Of a DNA stretch of 64,000 nt, positions 23,551 to 33,282 are shown piece after piece (the first letter of the stretch is position 1; each line of letters starts with the position of its first letter). The notes under the pieces are model-generated. The model was not told the origin of the DNA, ran no database searches, and saw only the letters and a list, made by a program, of their open reading frames with translations. A program made the position numbers and the translations under genes. The DNA is taken from NCBI GenBank assembly GCA_963734495.1, contig CAVTHK010000001.1, forward strand, positions 352,001 to 416,000, written 5' to 3'. This stretch comes from an uncultured Spirochaetota bacterium (GTDB lineage Bacteria; Spirochaetota; Spirochaetia; SZUA-6; CAVTHK01).

Positions 23551-24495
23551 TCAGCGCGGCGGCAGGTCGGGCGGCACGCCGCGCGCCACACGGTCGGCGA
23601 GCATGCGCGCCGTGCCGCGCTCCGAAGGCAGGTCCGCGACGTCGGACCGCGGCGCCCGGCCAGCGGGCGCGCAGCGCCGCCTCGAGGCTCGCGCGCACGG
23701 GCGCCGAGTTCCGCAGCACGGAGCCCGCGGCCACGATCTCGGGGTCGCCGCCGAGGTCGAGCTGCGCGAGGACGCCCGCGGTCAGGTTCGCGAGCTCGGC
23801 CCCCGCGGCGGCCAGGATGCGAGCTGCCGCATCGTCTCCCTGGCCCGCGGCCTCCTCCACCTCGCGCGAGAGCGCGGCGATCTCTTCCTTGGTGCGCGAA
23901 GGCGTGTGCAGCCAGGTCACCAGCTCGATGGGCGCGCCGAGCGCCAGCCGCCGCGTCACCAGCTCCGACATCCGCGACGGCCGCTCGCGGCCGTCCACCT
24001 CGCGCATGATGCGGCGGAGCGCCTCGATCGCGATCCACCAGGCGCTGCCCTCGTCGCTGGCAAAGCGGCCCCAGCCGCCGCAGCGCGCTTCGCCGCCCCG
24101 GCCGTCGGCGCCGATCGCGAACGATCCCGTGCCGGCCGACACGACCACGCCCCGACCGTCGGGGTGCGCGGCCCAGAACGCGCTCTGCCCGTCGTGAAAA
24201 AGGTAGAAGGCCGTCGCCGCGAACAGCGACGCTCGCGCCTCGTCGAGGTCGCGGAGCGCGGGGCCTCGGATGTCGGGCCTGCCGACGCCGGCCATGGAGA
24301 GACCGATCACGCCGGGTGCGTCATCCGGGAGCGCGGCGGCCAGCGCAGCCAGCAGCTTCTCCAGCCCGTCGCGTCCGCTTTCGGCGTAGTTCGCGCCGGG
24401 CACCGTGCCGCTCGCGAGCGGCCGCGCCGCGTCGCGGAACAGCAGCCAGGGCGCGCGCGTCGCGCCCGAATCGACTGCGAGGCACAGGGGGACAC
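23551..24495 (-). CDS. BadF/BadG/BcrA/BcrD-family sugar kinase (GlcNAc/MurNAc kinase-like), two apparent +1 frameshifts
   Basis: LAVDSGAT, VVVSAGTGS, RCGGWG..SDEGSAWWI. The start is restored by removing one G in the G5 run at 24487-24491 and the C-terminus by removing one base near 23645 (stop at 23551). Confidence 0.75.
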
Positions 24496-24510
24496 GGCCG
24501 GGCTTGGCTG

Positions 24511-25339
24511 CTATTTGATCGCTCCCTCGGTCAACCCGGAGATGAACTGTCTGCTCAGCACCAGGAACAGCACGATGACGGGCACGATGGCGATGTTCAG
24601 CCCCGCGAACAGAAGGTCCCACTGGATCGCGAACTCGCCGAAGAAGCTCTGGATCCCGAGCGGGATCGTCTTGCGGGTCTTCGTGCTGATGAAGATCAGA
24701 GGGAAGAAGAAGTCGTTCCACACGTTGATGAAGTTGAAGATCGCCACCGTGGCGAGCGCCGGCCGCAGCAGCGGCAGGTTCACCTGCCAGTAGATGCGAA
24801 AGGCCCCCGCCCCGTCGATGCGGGCGGAGTCCTCGAGGTCGATCGGGATCGACTTGAAAAAGTTCGACAGCAGGAAAATCGAGAACGAAAGCCCGCTCGC
24901 GGTGTTGACGACGCACAGGCCGAGCAGCGAGTCCAGCAGCCCGATGTTGCGCATCAGCAGGAAGATCGGGATGATGGCCAGGCGGGCCGGCAGCACGAGC
25001 CCCGCGAGGATATACAGGTAGACCACCCGCTTTCCCGGGAACTCGTAGCGGGCCAGCACGTAGGCGCCCATCGACGAGACGAGCACGAGCAGCGCGATGG
25101 AGAGCACCGAGACCAGGACGCTGTTGCGGAAGTAGACGGCGAAGCTCGCCTTGTTCCACGCGGTGACGTAGTTGGCGAGGCTCCACTTTTTCGGCAGCCC
25201 GAAGGGGTTGGTGAAGATCTCCGCGGTGGACTTGAAGCCGGACACGATCATGACGCCGATCGGGAAGAGGTTGGCGAACGCCCACAGCAGCAGGATCGCC
25301 AGGACGATGACCGGACTGGACGCGGCTGAGCCTGAACAC
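24511..25339 (-). CDS. carbohydrate ABC permease (MalG-like), apparent +1 frameshift near 25312
   Basis: EAA loop LEDSARIDGAG, WNDFFFPL, SGLTEGAIK. GTG at 25339 with GGAGG SD is out of frame by one base. Confidence 0.82.
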
Positions 25340-25340
25340 G

Positions 25341-26283
25341 CTACCGCCTCCCCCGGCCGGGTCGCGGGGACGGGGCGCCCTCGGCCCTGCGGTCGACGAT
25401 GTACACGTAGATGATCGAGACGGGGAACACCACGAGGAAGATCAGGGTCACCACGGTGGCGCCCAGGCCCATGCCCATCTGCGAGGCGCCCAACCCGCCG
25501 AAGGCGATGCGGTAGAAGAGCGTGCCGAGCACGTCGCTCGCGCCGGCCGGCCCCGCCTGCGCCCCTTCCATCGCGAAGACGATGTCGAAGACGCTGAAGC
25601 TCCAGATCAGCTTGAGCATCGTGAGGGTGGCGACGAGCGGCAGGATCTGGGGCAGAACGAGCCGCAGCGCGATCTCGGGCTCCGACGCGCCGTCGATGCG
25701 CCCCGCTTCGGGGATCTCGCGGCTGATGCCGACGATGCCGGCGAGAAACACGAGCACGTAGAAGCCCATGCCGCGCCACGAGTTCACCGTGATGATCGTG
25801 GGGAACGCCAGGCCCATGTCGCCGAGCCACGGCCGCGCGAGCGCGCCGAGCCCGATCGCCTTGAGCGACACGTTGATGACGCCCCACTGCGGGTTGAGGA
25901 GCAGGCCCCAGAGGAAGCCGACGATGACGATCGACAGCGTGTTCGGGATGAAGAAGATCGCCTTGAAGGCGTTGGTCCCGCGCAGCCCCGCGGCCAGCCC
26001 GAACGCGAGCACCAGACCGGGCACCATGCTCTGCGCCCAGGACAGCGCGAAGAAATAGATGTTGTGGCCGAACGCGGCGAGGAACTCCTTGCTCATCGTC
26101 CCCGGCGAGAACGCTGGCGTAGTTCGCCATGCCCACCCACTTCTTCGGGCCGATGCCCGGCCAGTCGTAGAAGCTCAAGCCGAGGCTGCTCACGAACGGG
26201 TAGGCCACGAACGCCGTGTACAGCACGAACGCCGGCACGAGCATGAGGAGGAATCCGTAGCTGCGGAGAGACCTGCGGGCCAT
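25341..26283 (-). CDS. carbohydrate ABC permease (MalF-like), apparent +1 frameshift at C4 run 26100-26103
   Basis: The N-terminus (YPFVSSLGLSFYDW..WVGMANY) and the body (EAGRIDGASE) lie in different frames. Confidence 0.82.
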
Positions 26284-26297
26284 GGACGCTCAGGCGC

Positions 26298-26321
26298 AAG
26301 GGGCGGCCCGCGCCGCCCCTT
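26298..26321 (-). other. intercistronic hairpin after the substrate-binding gene
   Basis: AAGGGGCGG-cccgcg-CCGCCCCTT perfect 9-bp stem. Confidence 0.6.
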
Positions 26322-26334
26322 CAACCTTCTTCTC

Positions 26335-27606
26335 CTACTTCTTGAAGGCCGGGTACCAGGCGCCTACGCCGTCCTGGACCTTCTTCGCCAGCTCCGCCGG
26401 CGTGATCTTGCCCAGGTACATCTCCTGCATTCCCGGTGTCAGGATGTCGTAGACCGTGGGCTTGCCGGCCTCGAAAGGCGAGCCGACCCAGTAGATGTTC
26501 TTCGCAGCGAGCTTGTTCGCGACGTCGTAGCACTCGGCCAGCACGGGCTTGTCCTTGGACAGCGTCACGCCCTTGATCGCCGTCATCTCGCCCGTGACCG
26601 CCGCGAACATCGTGCCGAAATCGGTGGTCGCGGTGTAGTTGAGCACCTTGAGCGCCGCCTCCCGGTTCTTCGAGGCGGCGTTCAGGCCGTAGGAACCGTC
26701 CATGTAGACGTACACGCGCGCGTCGCCGGGCTTGACCCCCGGCACGGGGAAGTAGCCGTACTTGAAGTTCGGGTTGAGCTTGAGCCAGTTGCTGTCGCCC
26801 CACACCCCGTAGAACAGCATGGCGGCCTGCCCCAGCGCGAAGGCCGCATCGCCTTCCGTCTGCATGTTGGCCATGAAGTCCTTTTGATAGAAAGCTCTCA
26901 GGTCGTACAGCTTCTGCAGCATGTCGACGTACGGCGCATCGGTGAACTTCGCCTCGCCCTTGATCAGCTTGCCGATCCAGTCCTCGCCCGGAATGCTCAC
27001 GCCCACCATGGCGTTCTGCATCGCGAGCACCCACGCCTCCTTGCCCGGCACGAAGAAGGGCGTCACGCCGTTGGCCTGCAGCGTCCTGCAGATGGCCGCG
27101 AGCTGGTCGACGGTCTCGGGCTCCTTGAGGTTGTACTTGGCGAAGATGTCGAGGTTGTAGAAGATGCCGACGACCTGGTTCGCGAAGGGCACGCCCCAGG
27201 TCTTGCCGTTCTGCTGGATGGAGGCCAGCGTGACCGGCTGGAAGTTCTTGAGGTCGACCAGCCCGTCGAGCGGCACGAGGTACCCGTTGTCGATGAGCGG
27301 CTGGGTCCTCGTGATGTTCGGGAGGCGTCGGGTCAGGTAGATGTCCGACGCCGTACCGCCCTGCAGCGAGAGCAGCAGCTTCGCATCGTACTCCGTGGCG
27401 ATGAACGACTCGTAGGCGATCGTGATCTTCTGGCCCTGCTTCTGCAGCGCCTCCTGCACCTTTTCCCACACGGGCGCGTCCTGGGTGCGCCAGCCCCACA
27501 GCTTGAGTGTCACGCCCGCCTTTGCCGTCTCGCCTCCGCCGCTTGCCCAGCTCATCGCCGAGACGAGCAGCCCGAGCGCAAGACACAGAATCAGGCTTCT
27601 CTTCAT
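26335..27606 (-). CDS. carbohydrate ABC substrate-binding protein
   Basis: Signal peptide plus ASGGGE, GIFYNLDIFAKY, FALGQAAM; heads the two permeases. Confidence 0.9.
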   Translation of the reverse strand: MKRSLILCLALGLLVSAMSWASGGGETAKAGVTLKLWGWRTQDAPVWEKVQEALQKQGQKITIAYESFIATEYDAKLLLSLQGGTASDIYLTRRLPNITRTQPLIDNGYLVPLDGLVDLKNFQPVTLASIQQNGKTWGVPFANQVVGIFYNLDIFAKYNLKEPETVDQLAAICRTLQANGVTPFFVPGKEAWVLAMQNAMVGVSIPGEDWIGKLIKGEAKFTDAPYVDMLQKLYDLRAFYQKDFMANMQTEGDAAFALGQAAMLFYGVWGDSNWLKLNPNFKYGYFPVPGVKPGDARVYVYMDGSYGLNAASKNREAALKVLNYTATTDFGTMFAAVTGEMTAIKGVTLSKDKPVLAECYDVANKLAAKNIYWVGSPFEAGKPTVYDILTPGMQEMYLGKITPAELAKKVQDGVGAWYPAFKK

Positions 27607-27634
27607 GCCTCACCTCCCGTTATGATTGGGTGCT

Positions 27635-27663
27635 ATTGTAGATGCGGGAGTCTCTGGTGTCAA
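27635..27663 (-). promoter_or_regulatory. near-consensus sigma70 promoter of the ABC operon
   Basis: Minus strand TTGACA-17 bp-TACAAT, followed by a GGAGGTG SD. Confidence 0.7.
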
Positions 27664-28718
27664 AATCGAGGGCGGACGGGATCACGGCGGTCGTCGATGA
27701 GGGGATTGCGAACGGGACTTTCCCGGGCGCCGTGGTTCTCGTGGAGAAGAAGGGTCGAGCGGTGATCTCCCTCGCGCGCGGCGACCGGCAGGTTCAGCCC
27801 GCGCGCGAGCCGATGACCGCCGACACGCTGTTCGACCTGGCGTCGCTCACCAAGCCGCTGGCGACCGCGCCGCTGGTCCTGCTGGTCGCGGCCCGCGAGG
27901 GAATCGGTCTCGACAGCGCGCTCGGCAGCCGCCTGCCCGGGGTCTGCGCGGAGTCGGGCGCGCTCACGCTGCGCGAGCTGCTGCTGCACACCGGAGGCCT
28001 GCCGCCGGTACCGAACCTGTACAAGGCGTTCGACGCGAGCTCCGTCGACCGCGACGAAGCCGAGAGGCTGCTGCTCTCGCGGCGGCCGGAGCGCGCGCCG
28101 GGCAGCGAGGTCGTCTACAGCTGCACCGGCTACCAGCTCCTTGGCCTATGGCTGCGCCGCGTGACGGGAAAAAGCCTGCGCGAGCTCTTTCGCGAGAAGG
28201 TCGCCGCGCCGCTGGGCCTGGCGGACGACCTGCTCTTCAACCCGCCCGACTCATCGCGCTGCGCGACGACGGAGCTCTGCGGCTGGCGCAAGCGCTGGAT
28301 GCGCGGCGAGGTGCACGACGAGAACTCCTGGTGCCTCGGCGGCGACGCGGGAAACGCCGGGCTCTTCGGGACCGCCGCGGCGGTGCTGCGCAGGCTGGAA
28401 GAGCTCGCCTCCGACGACCTCTTCGCCCCCATGCGCAGGTCTTTCACCGACGGCCTGAACCGCAGGCGCGCCGTCGGCTTCATGATGCACGACGCCGAGG
28501 CCCCGGTCGGCCCGCTCTACAGCAGCGATTCTTTCGGCCACACGGGCTTTACCGGCACCAGCGTCTGGGTCGAGCCTGCCGCGGCGCTCAGAGTCGTGGC
28601 GCTCACCAACCGCGTGCACCTCGGCCGCGCGGAGACGGACACGAAGCTCAAGGCATTCCGCGTCGCGCTGCACGAAGCTGCCCTTGCGGCGGCTCTCGAC
28701 GCGGAGCGCAGGCCGTGA
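27642..28718 (+). CDS. serine hydrolase, beta-lactamase fold (AmiE-like)
   Basis: FDLASLTK (SxxK), LLLHTGGL, YSC, GEVHDEN, GHTGFTG. Start position uncertain. Confidence 0.85.
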   Translation: MRESLVSKSRADGITAVVDEGIANGTFPGAVVLVEKKGRAVISLARGDRQVQPAREPMTADTLFDLASLTKPLATAPLVLLVAAREGIGLDSALGSRLPGVCAESGALTLRELLLHTGGLPPVPNLYKAFDASSVDRDEAERLLLSRRPERAPGSEVVYSCTGYQLLGLWLRRVTGKSLRELFREKVAAPLGLADDLLFNPPDSSRCATTELCGWRKRWMRGEVHDENSWCLGGDAGNAGLFGTAAAVLRRLEELASDDLFAPMRRSFTDGLNRRRAVGFMMHDAEAPVGPLYSSDSFGHTGFTGTSVWVEPAAALRVVALTNRVHLGRAETDTKLKAFRVALHEAALAAALDAERRP

Positions 28719-28733
28719 GCGCCGCAACGGCTG

Positions 28734-29330
28734 TCACGGCTCGACGAACAACTCGTCCAGCGTGACTGCCAGGCCCTGGCACACCAGAGACCTGGCCTCG
28801 GCATCGCCCATCAGCACGAGAGGGTCGCCGTAGCGGCCGTCGGTTCCGAGCCTGTAAACATGCAAGAAACGGTTACCCGGATCGACGACCCAGTACTCCG
28901 CGACCCGATGCTTCTCGTACAAGGCGAACTTCTCGCTGAGATCCTTCTTGGTGGTGAAGGGCGAGAGGATCTCCACGACCAGGTCGGGTGCACCGTAGCA
29001 GCCCCAGGCTCTGAGCCTGGAGCGGTCGCAGACCACGGAGATGTCCGGCTGGACCACTGTGGTGACTTGATCCTCAGGCTGCCCGGGCCGGTCGGCCAGA
29101 ACCACATCAAAGGGCAGAGGAAACACGGTGCAGGGCCGGCCGACTGCCCAGGATCCGATGATGCGCGTGAGCGCCGCGACAACGGCCTGGTGACGCATCG
29201 AGGGCGCCGGGCTCATGTTCCAGGCGGTGCCCTCGATGAGCTCCCAGCGGTCATCGCCCGGCCAACGCTTGTAGTCGGCGTAGGTGTAGACGCGATCGAG
29301 CTTGCGTGCCGGTAGTCCCATGCGGCGCAT
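28734..29330 (-). CDS. Uma2 (DUF820) family endonuclease-fold protein
   Basis: RWELIEG, PAPSMRHQ, VVQPDISVVCD, GAPDLVVEILSP, YEKHRVAEYWVVDP. Confidence 0.9.
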   Translation of the reverse strand: MRRMGLPARKLDRVYTYADYKRWPGDDRWELIEGTAWNMSPAPSMRHQAVVAALTRIIGSWAVGRPCTVFPLPFDVVLADRPGQPEDQVTTVVQPDISVVCDRSRLRAWGCYGAPDLVVEILSPFTTKKDLSEKFALYEKHRVAEYWVVDPGNRFLHVYRLGTDGRYGDPLVLMGDAEARSLVCQGLAVTLDELFVEP

Positions 29331-29492
29331 CCCTTCGAGTATACCCTTCCCAACGCATCGGCGGAACGCAGCACATTGGCCGGCGCCGATGCGGCCGCTG
29401 CCCGGAGCGCTTCGGCAGCAGGAATGGCCGGCTGCGACGCGGGCTCCGCGCTCAAGCCCTGTGGGGCATCAGATGCGCTATACTGGCACCCG

Positions 29493-30584
29493 ATGAGCTT
29501 TCTCGACGAGCTGACCACGGAGCAGCCCAACCCGGCATCGCAGGGCATAGACGCCAAGTCGACGCGCGAGATCCTCGAGATCATCAACTCCGAGGACCGC
29601 AAGGTGCCCGCCGCGGTCGCCGCAACGCTCGACTCGATCGCCCGCGTCGTCGACGCCGCGGTCGCCGGGTTCAGAAGCGGCGGCCGCCTCTTCTACGTCG
29701 GCGCAGGCACATCCGGCCGCCTCGGCGTTCTGGACGCCGCCGAGTGCCCGCCCACCTACGGCGTTCCGCCCGAGATGGTGCAGGGGATCATCGCGGGCGG
29801 GCCCGACGCGCTCACCCGCTCCATCGAAGGCGCCGAGGACGACGAGGCAGCCGGCGGCCGGATCATCGACGACCGCGGCCTCGCCGCGGGCGACGTCCTG
29901 GTCGGCATCACGGCGAGCGGGCAGGCGCCCTTCGTGATCGGAGCGATGAAGCGCGCGCGCGAGCGCGGCGCGACCGTCGCGGCGCTCAGCTGCAACCGCG
30001 GCTCGCGCACCTTCGAGCACGCCGACCACGTCATCTTCGTCGACGTCGGCCCGGAGATCGTCTCCGGGTCCACGCGCATGAAATCGGGCACGGCCCAGAA
30101 GCTGGTGCTCAACATGATCAGCACGGCGGCGATGATCCGGCTGGGCAAGGTCTACAACAACCTGATGGTCGACCTGCGGCCGGTGAACAGCAAGCTCGTG
30201 CGCCGCTCGCAGCGCCTCATCCGCATCGCCACCGGCTGCGACGAGCCCGCCGCTGAGCGCGCCTTCGAGGCCTCCGGCCGCAGGCCGAAGACCGCGATCG
30301 TGATGGTGCTGCTGGGGTGCAGCCGCGAGGAGGCCGAGCTCCTGCTGGAAGCGAGCGAAGGCCGGATCGGCCTGGCCGTGGAGAAGGCGGGCCCCTCGAA
30401 GGCTCGGGGCTTGGGACTTGGCGAAGACGCCACAGAGGGCCCCTCGAAGGCTCGGGGCTTGGGACTTGGCGAGGACGCCACAGAGGGCCCCTCGAAGGCT
30501 CGGGGCTTGGGACTTGGCGAGGACGCCACAGAGGGCCCCTCGAAGGCTCGGGGCTTGGGACTTGGCGAGGACGCCAAGTCATAG
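29493..30584 (+). CDS. murQ: N-acetylmuramic acid 6-phosphate etherase with repetitive C-terminal tail
   Basis: TEQPNP, GAGTSGRLGVLDAAECPPTYG, GAED, GPEIVSGSTRMKSGTAQKLVLNM, NLMVD. Confidence 0.95.
   Translation: MSFLDELTTEQPNPASQGIDAKSTREILEIINSEDRKVPAAVAATLDSIARVVDAAVAGFRSGGRLFYVGAGTSGRLGVLDAAECPPTYGVPPEMVQGIIAGGPDALTRSIEGAEDDEAAGGRIIDDRGLAAGDVLVGITASGQAPFVIGAMKRARERGATVAALSCNRGSRTFEHADHVIFVDVGPEIVSGSTRMKSGTAQKLVLNMISTAAMIRLGKVYNNLMVDLRPVNSKLVRRSQRLIRIATGCDEPAAERAFEASGRRPKTAIVMVLLGCSREEAELLLEASEGRIGLAVEKAGPSKARGLGLGEDATEGPSKARGLGLGEDATEGPSKARGLGLGEDATEGPSKARGLGLGEDAKS
30389..30580 (+). repeat. 48-bp tandem repeat, about 4 copies, in frame in murQ (GPSKARGLGLGEDATE)
   Basis: Units start at 30389, 30437, 30485 and 30533. 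The last unit ends in the perfect hairpin GACTTGGCG-agga-CGCCAAGTC. Confidence 0.95.
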
Positions 30585-30594
30585 GAGGTCAAGA

Positions 30595-31335
30595 ATGAAG
30601 GTCACTGCCCTCTTGATCGTCGCGCTCGCGGCGGCGCCGGCGTTCGCGCCCTCGGCCGGGGCCCAGGCGCAGCCCGCGCCCCCGGTCGACCAGTTCATCA
30701 CCGATGCAGGATCGCTTTCCATCACCTTCATCGCGCACGCGACGCTGATGCTGCAGCTCGGCCCGCTGGTGATCCACGTCGACCCGGTGGGCCGCTACGC
30801 CGACTACGGCACGATGCCCAAGGCCGACATCGTTCTGGTCACCCACGAGCACGGCGACCATCTCGACCCCGCGGCGATCCAGAAGATCCGCAAGGAAGAC
30901 ACGGCGATCATCGCCAGCGCGAGCGCGGCCGCGAAGATCCCGGGCGCGAGCGTGATGAAGAACGGCGACAAGGCCACGATCAAGGGAGTCGGGATCGAGG
31001 CCGTGCCCGCTTACAACACGACGCAGGCGAGGCTCTCCTTCCACCCGAAGGGCCGCGACAACGGCTACCTGCTCACGATCGGCGGCAAGCGCGTCTACAT
31101 AGCCGGCGATACCGAGGACACCCCCGAGCTCAAGGCCCTGCGCAACATAGACATCGCGTTCCTGCCGATGAACCTGCCGTACACCATGACCCCGGAGCAG
31201 GTGGCCTCGGCGGCGCTGGCCATCCGGCCCGGGGTGCTCTACCCCTATCACTACGGGGAGACGGACGTCGGGCTGCTGCAGCAGATGCTCAAGGGCGAAC
31301 GCGGGATCGAGGTGCGCATCCGGCCGATGCAGTGA
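30595..31335 (+). CDS. exported MBL-fold metallo-hydrolase
   Basis: Signal peptide; IHVDP, VTHEHGDHLD, FHPKG, YIAGDT, LYPYHY; AGGAGG SD. Confidence 0.88.
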   Translation: MKVTALLIVALAAAPAFAPSAGAQAQPAPPVDQFITDAGSLSITFIAHATLMLQLGPLVIHVDPVGRYADYGTMPKADIVLVTHEHGDHLDPAAIQKIRKEDTAIIASASAAAKIPGASVMKNGDKATIKGVGIEAVPAYNTTQARLSFHPKGRDNGYLLTIGGKRVYIAGDTEDTPELKALRNIDIAFLPMNLPYTMTPEQVASAALAIRPGVLYPYHYGETDVGLLQQMLKGERGIEVRIRPMQ

Positions 31336-31382
31336 GGCGGCGCCGGGTGGCCGGCCGCGTCAAGTTCTGTTATTTTGGACCG

Positions 31383-32351
31383 ATGAAATACAATCGGCTC
31401 GGCAAGGCCGGCATCCAGGTGAGCGAGCTTTCGTTCGGCTCGTGGGTCACCTTTGGCACGCAGGTCAACATGGCGTCGGCGAAACAGCTGATGCGCAAGG
31501 CGTTCGATGCCGGCGTGAACTTCTTCGACAACGCGGAGGCGTACGAGGCGGGCGCCTCCGAGGCGGTGATGGGCGAGGCGCTCAAGGGCTTCCGCCGCGA
31601 GGAGGTCGTCGTCTCGACCAAGATCTACTTCGGCACGGCCAAGGGCCCGAACCTCACGGGGCTCTCGCGAAAGCACCTCACGGAGGGGCTCAAGGCATCG
31701 CTGCAGCGGCTGCGCCTCGACTACGTCGACCTGGTGTTCTGCCACAGGCCGGACCCCGAGACGCCGATCGAGGAGACCGTGCTCGCGCTGAGCGACCTGG
31801 TGCGCGCGGGCTATGCCTTCTACTGGGGCACCTCGGAGTGGAGCGCTCAAGCGATCGAAGAGGCGATCCGCATCGCCCGTGACTACCGCGCGATCGCCCC
31901 GAGCATGGAGCAGCCGCAGTACAACATGTTCTGGCGGGACCGCTTCGAAAAGGAGTACCGGGGCCTCTTCGAGACCCACAAGTACGGCACGACGATCTGG
32001 AGCCCGCTCGCCTCGGGCCTCCTCACCGGCAAGTACAGCAACGGGATCCCGGAGGACAGCCGGCTCGCGCGCATGGAGTGGCTGCGCAACCAGTTCAAGG
32101 AGCGCGGCTGGCTCGAGAAGCAGGTGACCGAAAAGCTGCGCGCGCTCGAGCAGGTCGCCAGGGGTGTCGGCGCCTCCCTCGCGCAGCTCGCCGTCGCATG
32201 GACGCTGAAGAACCCGAACGTGAGCACCGTGATCCTCGGCGCGAGCCGCGTCGAGCAGCTCGAAGAGAACCTCAAGGCCGCCGAGGTGAGGGACAGGCTC
32301 GACGACTCGACGATGAAGAAGATCGAAGGGATCCTGCAGAACAAGCCCTGA
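31383..32351 (+). CDS. aldo/keto reductase (Kv-beta-like)
   Basis: VSELSFGSW, FFDNAEAY, STKIY, DLVFCHRPD, WGTSEW, WSPLASGLLTGKY. Confidence 0.92.
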   Translation: MKYNRLGKAGIQVSELSFGSWVTFGTQVNMASAKQLMRKAFDAGVNFFDNAEAYEAGASEAVMGEALKGFRREEVVVSTKIYFGTAKGPNLTGLSRKHLTEGLKASLQRLRLDYVDLVFCHRPDPETPIEETVLALSDLVRAGYAFYWGTSEWSAQAIEEAIRIARDYRAIAPSMEQPQYNMFWRDRFEKEYRGLFETHKYGTTIWSPLASGLLTGKYSNGIPEDSRLARMEWLRNQFKERGWLEKQVTEKLRALEQVARGVGASLAQLAVAWTLKNPNVSTVILGASRVEQLEENLKAAEVRDRLDDSTMKKIEGILQNKP

Positions 32352-32449
32352 GCGGGCATCCCTCCCGTTGGCACGCCGGGCGGCCCGCCGCGGGTCGCCC
32401 GGCCCTCGCCCGCGCGAGCCTGAGCCGGCCGCGGCTGCCTTCTTCATTT

Positions 32450-32478
32450 TTGACTCTTTGAGAGCCAACCCATATGAT
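32450..32478 (+). promoter_or_regulatory. near-consensus sigma70 promoter of the MTase-GH3-HK operon
   Basis: TTGACT-17 bp-TATGAT, with an in-frame ATG 7 nt downstream (32486). Confidence 0.7.
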
Positions 32479-32485
32479 GGCGGGG

Positions 32486-33202
32486 ATGGGCGAAGGCTTC
32501 GTGCGCTTCTATTTCAACTATGTCTACAACCCCGTCTACGATGTCACGACCGCCACGCTGAGCCGCTACCGTCTCCTTCAGGAGCGGTGCCTCGCGCGCC
32601 TCGGGCTCCCCGGCGCCCAAAGGATGCTCTGCGTCGGGCTCGGCACGGGAAACGAGCTGGTCACGGTTCTCAGAGCGGCTCCCGGCCTGCCCGTGGTCGG
32701 CATCGACCTCTCGCAATCCGCGCTTGCCCGCGCCAGGCGAAAGACTCGCGGGATCGGTCACCCGGAGCTCCGGGTCATGGACGCTCGCTCGCTCGACTTT
32801 GCGAATGCCAGCTTCGACCGCGTCCTCTGCGTCCACGTGCTGGATTTCGTGGACCCCGTCGACACCGTCGTCGCCGAGATCATGCGGGTCCTCCGCCCCG
32901 GCGGACGCTTCGTGCTGACGGTGCCATCGGACATCGAGGACGCGGCCATGGGCGGCGCGCTCTTCGGCGACCAGGTCCGCAGCAGCTTGCGCTCCGGCAA
33001 GAGCGCCATGCGGCTCGTCGCGGAGCTGCTCCTCCTGATCCCGGTGGGGCTGCTGTACCTGCCCCTCCTGTTCCGCCCGCGGCGAAAGGCGTACACCAGG
33101 CAGCAGGCGATCAGCCTCTTCGACGGGCATGACGTCGAAAGACTTGAAATTGAAGAAGAACGTACCTACCAGGACCTGATCCTGGCCGGCGCAAAGGGGT
33201 AG
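32486..33202 (+). CDS. class I SAM-dependent methyltransferase
   Basis: LCVGLGTG motif I, VGIDLS, MDARSLDFANASFD, RVLRPGGRFV; C-terminal hydrophobic segment. Confidence 0.85.
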   Translation: MGEGFVRFYFNYVYNPVYDVTTATLSRYRLLQERCLARLGLPGAQRMLCVGLGTGNELVTVLRAAPGLPVVGIDLSQSALARARRKTRGIGHPELRVMDARSLDFANASFDRVLCVHVLDFVDPVDTVVAEIMRVLRPGGRFVLTVPSDIEDAAMGGALFGDQVRSSLRSGKSAMRLVAELLLLIPVGLLYLPLLFRPRRKAYTRQQAISLFDGHDVERLEIEEERTYQDLILAGAKG

Positions 33203-33282
33203 TCGGCCGACGAGGCCTCGTCGTGTCGGGGCCGGACAGAGGCCCGGCCCGATGCGGAGGCGAGCATGAAAAGGGGGTGCTG

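Noticed and set aside
23042-26283. Apparent fusion proteins (765 aa and 590 aa ORFs)
   Set aside because: They arise from frameshifts joining parts of the permease and kinase genes.
27642-28718. Antibiotic-resistance beta-lactamase
   Set aside because: No signal peptide, and the murQ context favours an AmiE-like amidase or esterase.
28734-29330. Mobile element inserted in the murQ locus
   Set aside because: The Uma2 gene has no terminal repeats, target duplication or transposase; such genes are commonly scattered singly.
30389-30580. CRISPR array
   Set aside because: Units are contiguous and near-identical with no unique spacers, are in frame within murQ, and no cas genes are present.
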